From IMG/VR virus record IMGVR_UViG_2663763181_000001: a stretch of DNA of 64,000 bases. One strand, written 5' to 3'. The notes under the pieces were generated by a model. The model saw only the letters and a list, made by a program, of their open reading frames with translations. It did no database searches and had not been told where the DNA came from. Shown here piece after piece: positions 38,732-48,510 of the stretch. Both the position numbers and the translations under genes were made by a program. This DNA comes from an uncultured virus (IMG/VR IMGVR_UViG_2663763181_000001). Taxonomy: Duplodnaviria; Heunggongvirae; Uroviricota; Caudoviricetes. How positions within the stretch are numbered: position 1 is the stretch's first letter; every line of letters starts with the position of its first letter.

Positions 38732-39034
38732 CTATCCGCTTACACCACTTGAAACATAAATCTCCACATTATCACCTGCTTTCACTCTATAACGGAGCTT
38801 ATCCCAGCAATGCTGTCTAAACGGTTCAGTATCGGGCGCAGCAGCTGTTAATGTAAGAATAGACACCCAGTGAGAATCGTTTTGCGGATCTGCATATGGA
38901 ACATTGCTTCCGAAAAACTCTACTTCTGCCCCGTTCCCGATTACCTGGTAATTGAAAATTGCAGAAGTACATTGTTCAGCTATTTCAATGTCACCTGTCT
39001 TTTTACCTTTTTCATTGAATATTAAATAGCTCAT
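38732..39034 (-). CDS. Hypothetical virion protein
   Basis: GGAGA RBS, coupled to the upstream gene. Confidence 0.6.
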   Translation of the reverse strand: MSYLIFNEKGKKTGDIEIAEQCTSAIFNYQVIGNGAEVEFFGSNVPYADPQNDSHWVSILTLTAAAPDTEPFRQHCWDKLRYRVKAGDNVEIYVSSGVSG

Positions 39035-39579
39035 TTAGTTTCTCCATCACCTATAGGTGAAATAAACAAATCATCTCTACGGTTTAAAACATACTTACTG
39101 CCAAAATCTGCCATGAGGCTAAAACCAGTAATATTCACAATCTCAAACCACAACATTAAATTTTCATAAATCATTAATCCTAAAAGGTCCCCTTCTTTAA
39201 GAATCAAGTCGGGGATGTTGATTATCCTTTCCAATACATCTTCCAACTCATCATTAAATGGCTCTACTTGAGCAGTTAATACCAAATCTGAGGGGTTATT
39301 CATTGAGAAGTTCTTTTGAATATAACCACCATTAAATTTATCGAAATGAACATAAGCAGCGCCCTTATATTCATACTTGTAGTTGGGTTCGTCTTGGATC
39401 GATAAAGTGTTCGCTTCAAAAGAAAGAGGATCTAAAGGTTTTGAATCTTCAGCCGGATTATTGAAAATTACTTCTTTTCGCCAAATTTGCGCTGGAATAC
39501 TTGCTAGAGCATTCATAACAACGCGTCTAGCTGCTAAACGGCGTCCATTTGCAACTTGATTTACTGATCTATTTAGCAT
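39031..39579 (-). CDS. Putative neck/head-closure protein
   Basis: LKEGDL.......WFEIVN beta-barrel pattern; context. Confidence 0.45.
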   Translation of the reverse strand: MLNRSVNQVANGRRLAARRVVMNALASIPAQIWRKEVIFNNPAEDSKPLDPLSFEANTLSIQDEPNYKYEYKGAAYVHFDKFNGGYIQKNFSMNNPSDLVLTAQVEPFNDELEDVLERIINIPDLILKEGDLLGLMIYENLMLWFEIVNITGFSLMADFGSKYVLNRRDDLFISPIGDGETK

Positions 39580-40699
39580 TTCGACTTAAACCTTTCATAA
39601 AGACATTTAACATGTCATTGTCGATTGCGCCTGATTTATGTAAGGCTTGAATTCTTTCAATTTGACTCGCTCTAACAGTTTCCACTTCAAAACGTTTGAG
39701 GGTTTTTAATTCGCGTTCTAAGAGCTTTTTGGCAACTTTATCAGCTCTACGCATCATTTCTTTTTCTGCTTTTTGGATATTGGCCTTGATTGGCTTAACA
39801 GAACCATTCATCAAATCCTTTACTTGCTCGTTAATTGAATTCTGTATTTGCTTATCTGTTTGCTTATACCGTGCACCTACTTGTTTTTTACGGTCTTTCT
39901 CTACTTCCTTTTTAAGGTAGGCAATCCCAGATGGTGAACTAATCCACTTAACAACGCGCAATACATGCTTACATGCCACACCGGATAAATGCGGGTTACG
40001 TATCTTTGGAAAGCCGCCCTCATCACGTCCTAAATTGTAACCGCCAATAGTTGCCATATAGCGGTACCAGAACGTATGACGTTCGCAATCACACTGAAAT
40101 TTGATTTTGCCTTTAGCCAAGCGGTTTTTGACGGTGTTTAATGCCTGTTTATCGATATCAAAAACAACAGATTTAAAGTTAGAAAACTCAATCTCAACGT
40201 GATGATTTAAAACTTTACTATTTGGTCCGGCATTAGTAAGCAAGTGAACTAAACCAGCTTTTCTGCTTACTGGAACCGCCAAATAGATTTGCTCATTTGC
40301 CCGGTCAATATCGTCTTGTCGGCTTAAATTAATGATGTTTTGAGGGGTAATACCCTTACTATACTGATCTTTTAATAGTTGAATGTTTTCCTGAAATGCC
40401 AAGATATCATCACGGGTAATACGCCGTGGTACTTCTCCATTTCGCTGACCTAATGTTGTAAAAAGTACCCTTTCGACATCATATTTTTCCCCTTGGGCAA
40501 TATCTTGTGGTCGCAAGAACATAGGTTTAGGGATCTTTCGTCCCCAATCATCATATTCAATTTCTTTTTCTGCAAATGCCCGCTGTTCTCTATCTGCACG
40601 CTGGCGGCTCTGTTGATCTCTACGAACTCCACCATTTTGCAAAGACTGGTTTAATTGCAGCTGGGCACGGCGTAAATCATCTGGCTTGAATGCTGACAT
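39569..40699 (-). CDS. SWIM-type zinc-finger phage protein
   Basis: CDCERH...ACKH (CxC...CxH). Confidence 0.6.
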   Translation of the reverse strand: MSAFKPDDLRRAQLQLNQSLQNGGVRRDQQSRQRADREQRAFAEKEIEYDDWGRKIPKPMFLRPQDIAQGEKYDVERVLFTTLGQRNGEVPRRITRDDILAFQENIQLLKDQYSKGITPQNIINLSRQDDIDRANEQIYLAVPVSRKAGLVHLLTNAGPNSKVLNHHVEIEFSNFKSVVFDIDKQALNTVKNRLAKGKIKFQCDCERHTFWYRYMATIGGYNLGRDEGGFPKIRNPHLSGVACKHVLRVVKWISSPSGIAYLKKEVEKDRKKQVGARYKQTDKQIQNSINEQVKDLMNGSVKPIKANIQKAEKEMMRRADKVAKKLLERELKTLKRFEVETVRASQIERIQALHKSGAIDNDMLNVFMKGLSRNAK

Positions 40700-40700
40700 A

Positions 40701-40979
40701 TTAATTATCCTGCAAGTATTCTTTTTGAAGTCTTAAAAGGTCAACGAGCCTTGGAAATGCTACCTTTTGTAGAGGTAACTTTTCCCAAACGCCATTCGCT
40801 TCACAAGCCACAAGTACTGCGTCAATATGATTTCTTGAACCATATAATTTCAAACTCAACAATGATGGATCTAGCGATTCATCCTCTTTAATCTCCCATA
40901 CAATTAAATTCTGAATATTATTTTGTTGAAGATTCCGGTGAATTAAGTCTCTAATAGCATTTCGATAATCATTTCTCAT
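40701..40979 (-). CDS. Baseplate tail-X/LysM-like small protein
   Basis: DPSLLSLKLYGS...AVL pattern. Confidence 0.5.
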   Translation of the reverse strand: MRNDYRNAIRDLIHRNLQQNNIQNLIVWEIKEDESLDPSLLSLKLYGSRNHIDAVLVACEANGVWEKLPLQKVAFPRLVDLLRLQKEYLQDN

Positions 40980-40993
40980 ACTGTTTCACCTAT

Positions 40994-42532
40994 TTAAGCT
41001 TTAACAGTACTTACACGAGCAAAACCACCAATACCTGCTTTACCAGTATTACCATTACTTTCGGTTGCAAGACCAGGTTCACCAACAATGAGTGTCATAT
41101 ATTGAATTTTTTCACTGATATTAGAATATCTACAAACCAATAATCCGCCACTAGCACCGCCACCACCTAAACCCCAACCAAGATCACCGACTCCATTTGC
41201 GCCATCTCCACCTGCACCCCAATTACCCTCAGGACTTACTGAAGAACCGCCTACATGATTAGTTTGATTTGCAGCTATACCTGCATTACCAAGTTTTCTA
41301 GAAATCTCAGTTAAGTTTGAATTTATAGTGATTGCCGTAGGTAACCCACCAGCACCATTTGAAAAATAACTACCGTTAGACCATTGCCCACTAGTACCAC
41401 CTTTACCACCCCCCACTAATGCTAAATCAAGTTCATTTAAACGTAAGCGAGTATCACCACCATCTGTACCATGGGCCATTCTTCCAGCTTCCCAAATACT
41501 GCCACCGCCGCCGCCACCAGCACCTACTAAAATGAATTCTTTTTGCTCTTTTGGTTGGATTGGAATGATATACACACCAGGTACTGTGTAATCGCCATTA
41601 CCATCATTAAGTGTTTCTGCAGCAACTTGAATTACAGACCAACTTACAATTCCAGAATACCCAATTCGGTTTTGCCCAGAACGATTCCAAACTTCATAAT
41701 CAAATGACTTTTCAGAACGCGTTATTGTCCACGCTTCATGCGTGCTTTCAGGTGTTAAATGGATAGCATATTTTGAGTCACGTAAGTCAGTTACCTTTCC
41801 ACCCAAATCAATAGTAGCTTTAGACCCAATGTTTACCCCTGCTCCCAATAATTTCGGATATTGAGAATCTAAATATTTTTTTAAATCCGTTAGCTGCTGA
41901 CCTAAATTTTGGGATGAAGTATCTAATCCATTAATTTGGCGCTGTAAATCATCATCTTTTTCTTTTACGTCTTTTCTAAAAGCATATTGTGAATGTGGAT
42001 CATTATGATTTAAGTGTTCTTTGATTATTTTCTGTATTAACGCCCCGTATTGCGGGTGTGGATCCTCATCTGCACTATGCTGGTTCATCAACATCACTGC
42101 AATTGGAGTATTTGGATCAATTTTTATAGTTACATTTTTTAAATTAACGTCAGTTAAAACAAATCCAAAAGTAACGATAGCAACCACGTTTGCATGCAGT
42201 GACATGATTGATTGAACTTCTGTAGTTGACGCTACTGCAAGTAAAGTGCCGTCTGATAGGTAAATACCCATCTCAAACACTTCCATTGTTAAAGTGGGCT
42301 CAATACTCATTACAAAACGCAAAGTACCCGTTTCTGTATCTACACCACCACCGTTAAGAGAAAATCTAGCTAATTCATTTTTAAGAGAAGTTAGGTTTTT
42401 CGCTTCCACTGATGCATCAAATTTGCCGGTACCAACAGCAAGATGGGTAAGCTCCCCCCCAAAGCTAGCAACATCGCTCACTTTATTTAATGCATTCCGA
42501 CCTGCGTCAGTTAAAAAGAAGTTAATAGCCAT
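40994..42532 (-). CDS. Side tail fibre (collar domain, DPHPQY repeats, Gly-rich C-terminal domain)
   Basis: LTDAG...THLAVGTG, HSADEDPHPQY/HNDPHSQY, GAGGGGG-rich end. Confidence 0.8.
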   Translation of the reverse strand: MAINFFLTDAGRNALNKVSDVASFGGELTHLAVGTGKFDASVEAKNLTSLKNELARFSLNGGGVDTETGTLRFVMSIEPTLTMEVFEMGIYLSDGTLLAVASTTEVQSIMSLHANVVAIVTFGFVLTDVNLKNVTIKIDPNTPIAVMLMNQHSADEDPHPQYGALIQKIIKEHLNHNDPHSQYAFRKDVKEKDDDLQRQINGLDTSSQNLGQQLTDLKKYLDSQYPKLLGAGVNIGSKATIDLGGKVTDLRDSKYAIHLTPESTHEAWTITRSEKSFDYEVWNRSGQNRIGYSGIVSWSVIQVAAETLNDGNGDYTVPGVYIIPIQPKEQKEFILVGAGGGGGGSIWEAGRMAHGTDGGDTRLRLNELDLALVGGGKGGTSGQWSNGSYFSNGAGGLPTAITINSNLTEISRKLGNAGIAANQTNHVGGSSVSPEGNWGAGGDGANGVGDLGWGLGGGGASGGLLVCRYSNISEKIQYMTLIVGEPGLATESNGNTGKAGIGGFARVSTVKA

Positions 42533-42607
42533 AACCACCCACCCATATGATTTATTGATCTATGGTAGTTATGAAGAATAGGTATTTAAGTGGGCAGTTC
42601 CATATAA

Positions 42608-44599
42608 CTAATCATTTTCTTTTTCAGCTGCTTCTCTTAAAGCACTGAATCTTGATTTACGTTCAGCTTGTTCACGGCCTTCCGGTGTATCGTCAGTGAC
42701 ATTTACAGTTTCGTAAGCTTCAGTGTAGTGAACGTTTTCTAAGAATAAGAAAGCAAAAGCATCACCAATATCCGGTGATTTAATTCCCATACGTTTCATT
42801 TCGTCTTTGCTCAAGATTTTATAACGAGCAAAGTCATCGAACCGGTATGGAACGTGGATTAATTGGTCTTTAATTTTAACATTGTGTTTCTTCGTTTTTA
42901 TTTTAAAACGTCCATTTGCGATTGCTCGAGCTAAGCCCACATAAGCTAATGAACGTTTATTCGTAAACTCTTTTCTATTGTCATTACTAAAACATTGTGA
43001 GCCCCAATAAACAGGAACGTAGAAAATACCTTGCTTTTTAAGATACTGGCCTAAACCTTTACCTGCCCCGTTGTCATCTACAACCAAGTTAGCATTTGGG
43101 TACTGTAAAAGTAGCTCATTAATCTTTGCAAATAGTTCTAAGATATCATCTCTGTTTTTGCATAATGGAATATCTACAACTTCTACACGGCGTGCACGCT
43201 CCCCCCATTGCGATTCGCCCCAAACTTTAGATACAACAATTACTGAATCGTCACGACCAACACCACCACCAACGTCAACCGTAATGACATAACCGAATTG
43301 ATGGTCATCAAAAATACTCGCGCCAACATACATTTCTTCTGTTTGACGTTTGGTAATTAAGAACTCATCCGATAAGTCTGGGAATTCACCTAGAACACGG
43401 ATCTTGTACTGAGCGTCTTCACGGCTTCCATACTTTTGCCGTTGTTCTTCTAAAGATTGCTTACTAACTAATGGTGACTCTTCCCCGTTAAATGTGAGAG
43501 CAATCCAAACACCACCAGCTCGATGACTTAACTTGTGATGAGTCTCATAGAACATACCCGCATTACGGGTAGGTTGCGACGTCATTACGGCACGGTTGTC
43601 TTCGTGAGTTAATGCACCAAACGCTACATCCAGTACAGCATCATCTACACCGCTGGCCTCATCGACCCAGACCATGTAGTTATCGCCGTGGTTACCAGCC
43701 AAGTTTGTAGGTTGATGTTTTGGTGCTGTCTTAGCAAAGACATACCATTTTTCTTTGTAGCCTTTAATGTAAACGAGTTCAGACTGGTACCCGACATAAT
43801 CAGCAAGCCAAGCCAAAGGCCCTTGCTTCAATCGTGCTAGATTGATACTGATTTCTTTCCAGACTTGTTTCTTTAACTGCCCGATCTGGGGGGCAGTAAA
43901 CATCATGATTGATTCATCAAAAAACAAGAGATGCCATAAGGCAACAATACCGGCACTGGCCGTTTTACCAGTGTTATGTAGTACTAAGTCATCTTCACCT
44001 AAGAAAAATGGATCTGGATCGAGTACAAAACCGTAATATTTACCTTCACCCAGCTCGGCAACGGATGTGATTTTTAAAGGCTCATGATCCCCATCAACAA
44101 GCCTATATGATGCAAACTGTTCTCTATTTTTTGGCTTTAGGTTCATGTATTGAGAAACAAGTAATTCAATCTTGTCGCCCTTTGACCAGCCGTTACCATC
44201 GTATAAAGAGATTAAGCAAAGGATATGCGATTTATTGAATGTATGAGCTTTGCCATTCTCATATTCAAACCGGTACATATCCTGATAACCAGTTACTGTT
44301 TTAATTACATCTAGTTCAGTCTTACCATCTGCAGCAAGGATCTTGTGATTTAGGTTAATGCGCTCAACTGGGATAAATTCCCCATTGGCTAATTTGATTA
44401 AAGTCCCTTTTCCAAAACAACCGTGACCTGAAGCTACGGATGTACGACTACCATCAAATGCAATAGATTCAAATAGTAATTCTTGTTGCCATGTGGGTTC
44501 GACACCTAATGCTTCTACGGCGAAAGCATAGATGTCGTATCGATAACGCTCACAAAGTTCCCACCATTCGGGAATTTCTTTTAATGGTGCCAAAGCCAT
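42608..44599 (-). CDS. Terminase large subunit (P1 PacB-like) containing a mini-intein
   Basis: Walker A SGHG|TGKT split by the intein; VDEASG Walker B; RVLGEFP, VDVGGG, SPDIGDA nuclease motifs. Confidence 0.92.
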   Translation of the reverse strand: MALAPLKEIPEWWELCERYRYDIYAFAVEALGVEPTWQQELLFESIAFDGSRTSVASGHGCFGKGTLIKLANGEFIPVERINLNHKILAADGKTELDVIKTVTGYQDMYRFEYENGKAHTFNKSHILCLISLYDGNGWSKGDKIELLVSQYMNLKPKNREQFASYRLVDGDHEPLKITSVAELGEGKYYGFVLDPDPFFLGEDDLVLHNTGKTASAGIVALWHLLFFDESIMMFTAPQIGQLKKQVWKEISINLARLKQGPLAWLADYVGYQSELVYIKGYKEKWYVFAKTAPKHQPTNLAGNHGDNYMVWVDEASGVDDAVLDVAFGALTHEDNRAVMTSQPTRNAGMFYETHHKLSHRAGGVWIALTFNGEESPLVSKQSLEEQRQKYGSREDAQYKIRVLGEFPDLSDEFLITKRQTEEMYVGASIFDDHQFGYVITVDVGGGVGRDDSVIVVSKVWGESQWGERARRVEVVDIPLCKNRDDILELFAKINELLLQYPNANLVVDDNGAGKGLGQYLKKQGIFYVPVYWGSQCFSNDNRKEFTNKRSLAYVGLARAIANGRFKIKTKKHNVKIKDQLIHVPYRFDDFARYKILSKDEMKRMGIKSPDIGDAFAFLFLENVHYTEAYETVNVTDDTPEGREQAERKSRFSALREAAEKEND
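43973..44419 (-). mobile_element. Mini-intein (149 aa, Cys61-Asn209, no homing endonuclease)
   Basis: CFGKGT start, block B TFNKSH, terminal VLHN followed by Thr. Confidence 0.9.
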
Positions 44600-44618
44600 A
44601 CCGTAAAAACACCATTAA

Positions 44619-45131
44619 TTAAAAGATTGAAAAAGGAAGCATTGTTGGATCTACAGCATCTTCTTCAAACTGATTCCCTTCAGTAATTGAAAAGCCTTTT
44701 GCAATTTTTGTACTAGCCCAAACAGCTAACAGGATTGCAATGTGGCCGTTGTTTAAGCTGCTGCTATCAAATTCCTGCTGAAGGCCGTTTTTATCGACTT
44801 TACGGATTTCAAGTACGTTCTTAGGGTTGTACTGGTTTAACTTCGGCTCAATTTCAATTAATTTTGCTCTGTAACGAGCTTGATAAATTGAAATCACTTC
44901 CTCTAAGTGGTCTTTAGCATTGAAACTTAATTGCCAATTCTGTACTTGGTCCGGTGAGTCAGTTACTACAACCGTTTGATCTCTTAAATCACTTGGTACA
45001 GGTAAATTTGAATAAACGGCTGTTTTTTGAATAACAAGCTCACCAGTATCCGCAAATGCGGCTCCAATGAGACGAATCGGTTGATCAGAAAACCCAGCAA
45101 CACGACTGTCAATACGAATAATTCCAGACAT
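44619..45131 (-). CDS. Hypothetical protein upstream of the terminase
   Basis: AAGGA RBS before ATG 45131. Confidence 0.65.
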   Translation of the reverse strand: MSGIIRIDSRVAGFSDQPIRLIGAAFADTGELVIQKTAVYSNLPVPSDLRDQTVVVTDSPDQVQNWQLSFNAKDHLEEVISIYQARYRAKLIEIEPKLNQYNPKNVLEIRKVDKNGLQQEFDSSSLNNGHIAILLAVWASTKIAKGFSITEGNQFEEDAVDPTMLPFSIF

Positions 45132-45142
45132 TACTTGTATCC

Positions 45143-45343
45143 TTAGCGCCGTTTGCGTTCTAACTTGGTTTGGCATTCAATGCAGAATTTCACGCCACCT
45201 AAAGAACGGCGGCGCTCTGGTATTTCTTCACCACATTCAACACATTCTTTTTCAGATTCGCCGTCAAAACGGCATCGATTTGCAATTTCTTGCTGCAATA
45301 AATAATCAGCACTTTCTTGTGCCTTATCGATTAAGTCAGTCAT
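45143..45343 (-). CDS. TraR/DksA C4 zinc-finger protein
   Basis: D.ID.A N-terminus; CVECGEEIPERRR...CIECQ. Confidence 0.9.
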   Translation of the reverse strand: MTDLIDKAQESADYLLQQEIANRCRFDGESEKECVECGEEIPERRRSLGGVKFCIECQTKLERKRR

Positions 45344-46139
45344 CTATACGCTCAACTGTAATTTCACCTGTTTCTCTGTCACCCTTCAAACGTTGATGGT
45401 CGAGTGGCGTGTACTGATCAGCTTGCACTACAACTTTGTCGTTGATTGCGGGCTGTTCCGTTGCTGAGCCGTCAGGTTCATACCCATTACCCGTGTTTTG
45501 ATCGAAAGGACCACCGAAACCGATAACGTTAGGTGTGTAACCCACAAGCTGAATATCTACAGTTGAGATAGAAAGATTGACTGCTTCGCTAGGTACGGGT
45601 GATGGAAAAAGTTCATTTTCAAATACAGTGAATGTTGAATTAACAACATGATCATTCCATTGCTGAAATGGCACATTAAAACGGCGGTTATCACTGCTAG
45701 ACATGTACGCGCAAAATTGCCCAATGACTGAACGCAGATCGTTAGGATTGGTGGCAAAAAATGCGATTTGAGCTCTTACAGTTGTTGGTACTAGACGAAC
45801 TTTTACCCGCTTCTCATCAATGACCGTTTCAACAAAATCTGGTACTGGTAGTAATTGATTTACATCAGGGGGTTGGTCTGTTAACGCTGTTGCAGTAAGC
45901 ATGATTGGTAATTGAACTTTAGAGTTATCACCATGTGTTTGGCTTTTTCTGTATTCAGAAAGCATTGCTTCTGAGTCGTCCATCATCCTTGAAGGACATG
46001 CTTTTATAGCGTTGCCAATAGCTCTCATTTTCCAGTCAGCTGTTAATTGTGTCTCTGGCATATACCAAGCGCGAAAATTAACTAACTGCTTATACCAAGC
46101 GTTTTGAATGCTTTTAAGTGAATCATTGGGGTAATTCAT
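45336..46139 (-). CDS. Putative tail completion/terminator protein
   Basis: Context; LPIM...VRAQIAFF pattern; start at MNYPND. Confidence 0.4.
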   Translation of the reverse strand: MNYPNDSLKSIQNAWYKQLVNFRAWYMPETQLTADWKMRAIGNAIKACPSRMMDDSEAMLSEYRKSQTHGDNSKVQLPIMLTATALTDQPPDVNQLLPVPDFVETVIDEKRVKVRLVPTTVRAQIAFFATNPNDLRSVIGQFCAYMSSSDNRRFNVPFQQWNDHVVNSTFTVFENELFPSPVPSEAVNLSISTVDIQLVGYTPNVIGFGGPFDQNTGNGYEPDGSATEQPAINDKVVVQADQYTPLDHQRLKGDRETGEITVERIDD

Positions 46140-46141
46140 TA

Positions 46142-47047
46142 TTACCCCCATACACTAAAGATATTGCCAAAAGACTTTTTCGGCTTTTTAGCTTTTTCTT
46201 TTACACTTGGCTGATCCATGGATTGCAGAATTTGTTCAGCATGTTGTTGAACTGAATCAAAGCTCTTCACAGGATTTACCAAACCTGTATAGAGTTCTTT
46301 TTTGCGTTCTTCCCTAAGTTGTTGCAGGCGTTTCTGTTTATCAACTTTTTCTGATAGTTCACCTACTAACCCTTGAGCATTTCCTAACTCATTTAAAAGA
46401 TGAAGTTGGCTATTGATATTGTCGTAGGTCTGTAAGATTTGATCTTCAAGTAATTGAGCAATAACAATTTCAGATGGTGATAACTGTGAAATGTCAGTTG
46501 CACTATCAAAGCAAGAAACAACACCTTCAGGTTCTTCTGGAACAAATAAACCATCAAATAACTGACCGTCACCTACATTACTTGCATAGTTAGGTTGTGA
46601 CACATAGTCAAAACCAAAAAAGCCAGTTGGTATAAGACGACCACCCATTCTCTTATAGTTAACTGCTGTGCTGAATCCACCTGCTTGTGCGGCATACTGT
46701 CTTAATGCAAGTTCACCAGGTTCATTGTCAAAAAATTCTTCTTGATGCTCTACAGTCCCATCTTGTGAAGCACGTAAATGAATTGTTTTAAGCGCAGGGG
46801 CTAGATATACCAATTTACCTTTAATAGGAACAGTTTCAGGCGGTACCATACCGTAACGCTGTCGAATTTGATGACCGTAAAAACCTTGTAATGAATTAGT
46901 AGCAACCATTTCTTGAACATGGTCACTGTTGATCAAGTTGACCATTGCATCAACATCGACATTACTTCGATCAACACCGGTATATTTACGGCATCGGTCA
47001 TGTAAGTTGTAAGATAGAACTTTTGTCTTTCTATTTTTGCTAGCCAT
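46142..47047 (-). CDS. Prohead protease (P1 Pro-like)
   Basis: GFYGH (His), GGFS (Ser), FFGFDYVSQPNY (Asp) motifs. Confidence 0.7.
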   Translation of the reverse strand: MASKNRKTKVLSYNLHDRCRKYTGVDRSNVDVDAMVNLINSDHVQEMVATNSLQGFYGHQIRQRYGMVPPETVPIKGKLVYLAPALKTIHLRASQDGTVEHQEEFFDNEPGELALRQYAAQAGGFSTAVNYKRMGGRLIPTGFFGFDYVSQPNYASNVGDGQLFDGLFVPEEPEGVVSCFDSATDISQLSPSEIVIAQLLEDQILQTYDNINSQLHLLNELGNAQGLVGELSEKVDKQKRLQQLREERKKELYTGLVNPVKSFDSVQQHAEQILQSMDQPSVKEKAKKPKKSFGNIFSVWG

Positions 47048-47119
47048 AAAAAAGCCCCAATGCTGTGATTGAGGCTATTGTTTCAGTTGTTCTATAGTTG
47101 AAATTTAATCAGTTCCAAA

Positions 47120-47347
47120 TCAAATCTTTTGATCACATTCAATCAATTCCAATAGCTTGTCATGCTGTTTATCTTCAATGGTTGCATCAAAGATGAATCC
47201 ACTTTTTAGTGAGATAAAAACATCATAAAAGCTCTCGCTAACCATGCCGCCTCGATGTTCACTTTGGGAGACTTGCAAACAATCCATTTGAGATAAGTCA
47301 ATTAATTGAGAACAACCACGCTTTCGACAAAAAATACTTAATCGCAT
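47120..47347 (-). CDS. Hypothetical protein
   Basis: ORF track; GGGTGA RBS. Confidence 0.6.
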   Translation of the reverse strand: MRLSIFCRKRGCSQLIDLSQMDCLQVSQSEHRGGMVSESFYDVFISLKSGFIFDATIEDKQHDKLLELIECDQKI

Positions 47348-47358
47348 ACTTCACCCAA

Positions 47359-47817
47359 TTACTTTAGAAGTGTACCTTCAACACCACGAGCACGGCGCTC
47401 TGCTGTACGCTTATTAAATTCTTCTAGCGCACTTTCCATATAAATAATGGCTTGTTTATTGAATTCGCTTGGGAATTTTTCATCTAAAGTTTTAGTACGG
47501 TGAATAAGCACTTTTAACAATGCTTCACTAGTAACTCCATTCACCCCATGTTCAGGAATTGGGCCATCCTGAAAATGAAGACTGATTTCAAAATCTTTTG
47601 CGTTCTGAGTTTCTGGATTTGCTGAAATCTTATAGTAATGGCCCTGAGCATAAGCTGTAATGCCTTCAACCATTTCCCCATTAACAACTTTATCAATTTC
47701 TTGTGGTTTTAATTCACGGTTTGCGTAACCTAAGAAATGATCAATTAATAGGTTTTCTCCTTGATCATTGATTGGTTCTGCGATTCCTACTAAAACATTG
47801 TCTTGAGCTTGTTGCAT
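47359..47817 (-). CDS. Tad1/Acb2-like immune-signal sponge (anti-defence)
   Basis: H.Y.I...FQ.G.....GV....LL....R.....F.S..N..A....E.AL...N.R...R..RGV.GT matches the Tad1 pattern. Confidence 0.7.
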   Translation of the reverse strand: MQQAQDNVLVGIAEPINDQGENLLIDHFLGYANRELKPQEIDKVVNGEMVEGITAYAQGHYYKISANPETQNAKDFEISLHFQDGPIPEHGVNGVTSEALLKVLIHRTKTLDEKFPSEFNKQAIIYMESALEEFNKRTAERRARGVEGTLLK

Positions 47818-47895
47818 ATAAAAAAGTCCTGAACTAATGAACAGGACTATGAAATCATTTTGTATTTGAGCACTAACTCAACAGTTCCAATTGAA

Positions 47896-48510
47896 TTAAA
47901 GGAAGTTATAGACTGCATAAGGCTTCGCTGCTATGGCTGCTGCTAAGCTGGTCAAGCCTAAGTCTCTATCAAATGCCATCGAATGAACTTTAACGACAAT
48001 ATTGGCTGGTACTAAACGCCGTAATATCGGTGACAGTTCTACCACTTCATTTGCATCAACAGTTTTATCTAGAACAATTCTAATCCGACTTGTTAAAAAG
48101 TAATTCGGCTTTTCAAAATCAGACAAATAGGCTGGATATTCTTTTAGCTTTTCCAAGCTGTGCCAAAGCCGGATAATCTGAAAATGATCTTTCCCCCAAA
48201 GCATACGCAAAACGAACTCTAAAAACGCTAATCCTCTTTTATTACCCATGCTGCTCCAATTGGAGTAGATTATTCGCATTAACGTGTCAGAGGTGTTATT
48301 ACGCCGTAATACAACAAGTCCATTTTGTTTAGAAAACCGTTCTACAACTGTTTTACTACCGATATGAGGACAACCGTAATCCAGTAAATCTTGTATGGAC
48401 TGCTCAAAGTTTTGTGCAAATACTTGTTTAAATGCTTTAGCAAGTGCGGTTTGCAAGCCCGAACTTACGTAGTGTTCATCAAGTGGCCGTGTAAAGCTTA
48501 TAGGGTCCAT
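47896..48510 (-). CDS. Baseplate wedge protein (gpI-like)
   Basis: RGLAFLEF.L...LRRLVPA; follows the J-like gene. Confidence 0.6.
   Translation of the reverse strand: MDPISFTRPLDEHYVSSGLQTALAKAFKQVFAQNFEQSIQDLLDYGCPHIGSKTVVERFSKQNGLVVLRRNNTSDTLMRIIYSNWSSMGNKRGLAFLEFVLRMLWGKDHFQIIRLWHSLEKLKEYPAYLSDFEKPNYFLTSRIRIVLDKTVDANEVVELSPILRRLVPANIVVKVHSMAFDRDLGLTSLAAAIAAKPYAVYNFL

Noticed and set aside
21584..42532. Tail-fibre variation by DNA inversion or a diversity-generating retroelement
   Set aside because: No invertase, reverse transcriptase, inverted fibre cassette or near-identical TR/VR pair seen; the duplicated domains are old and diverged.
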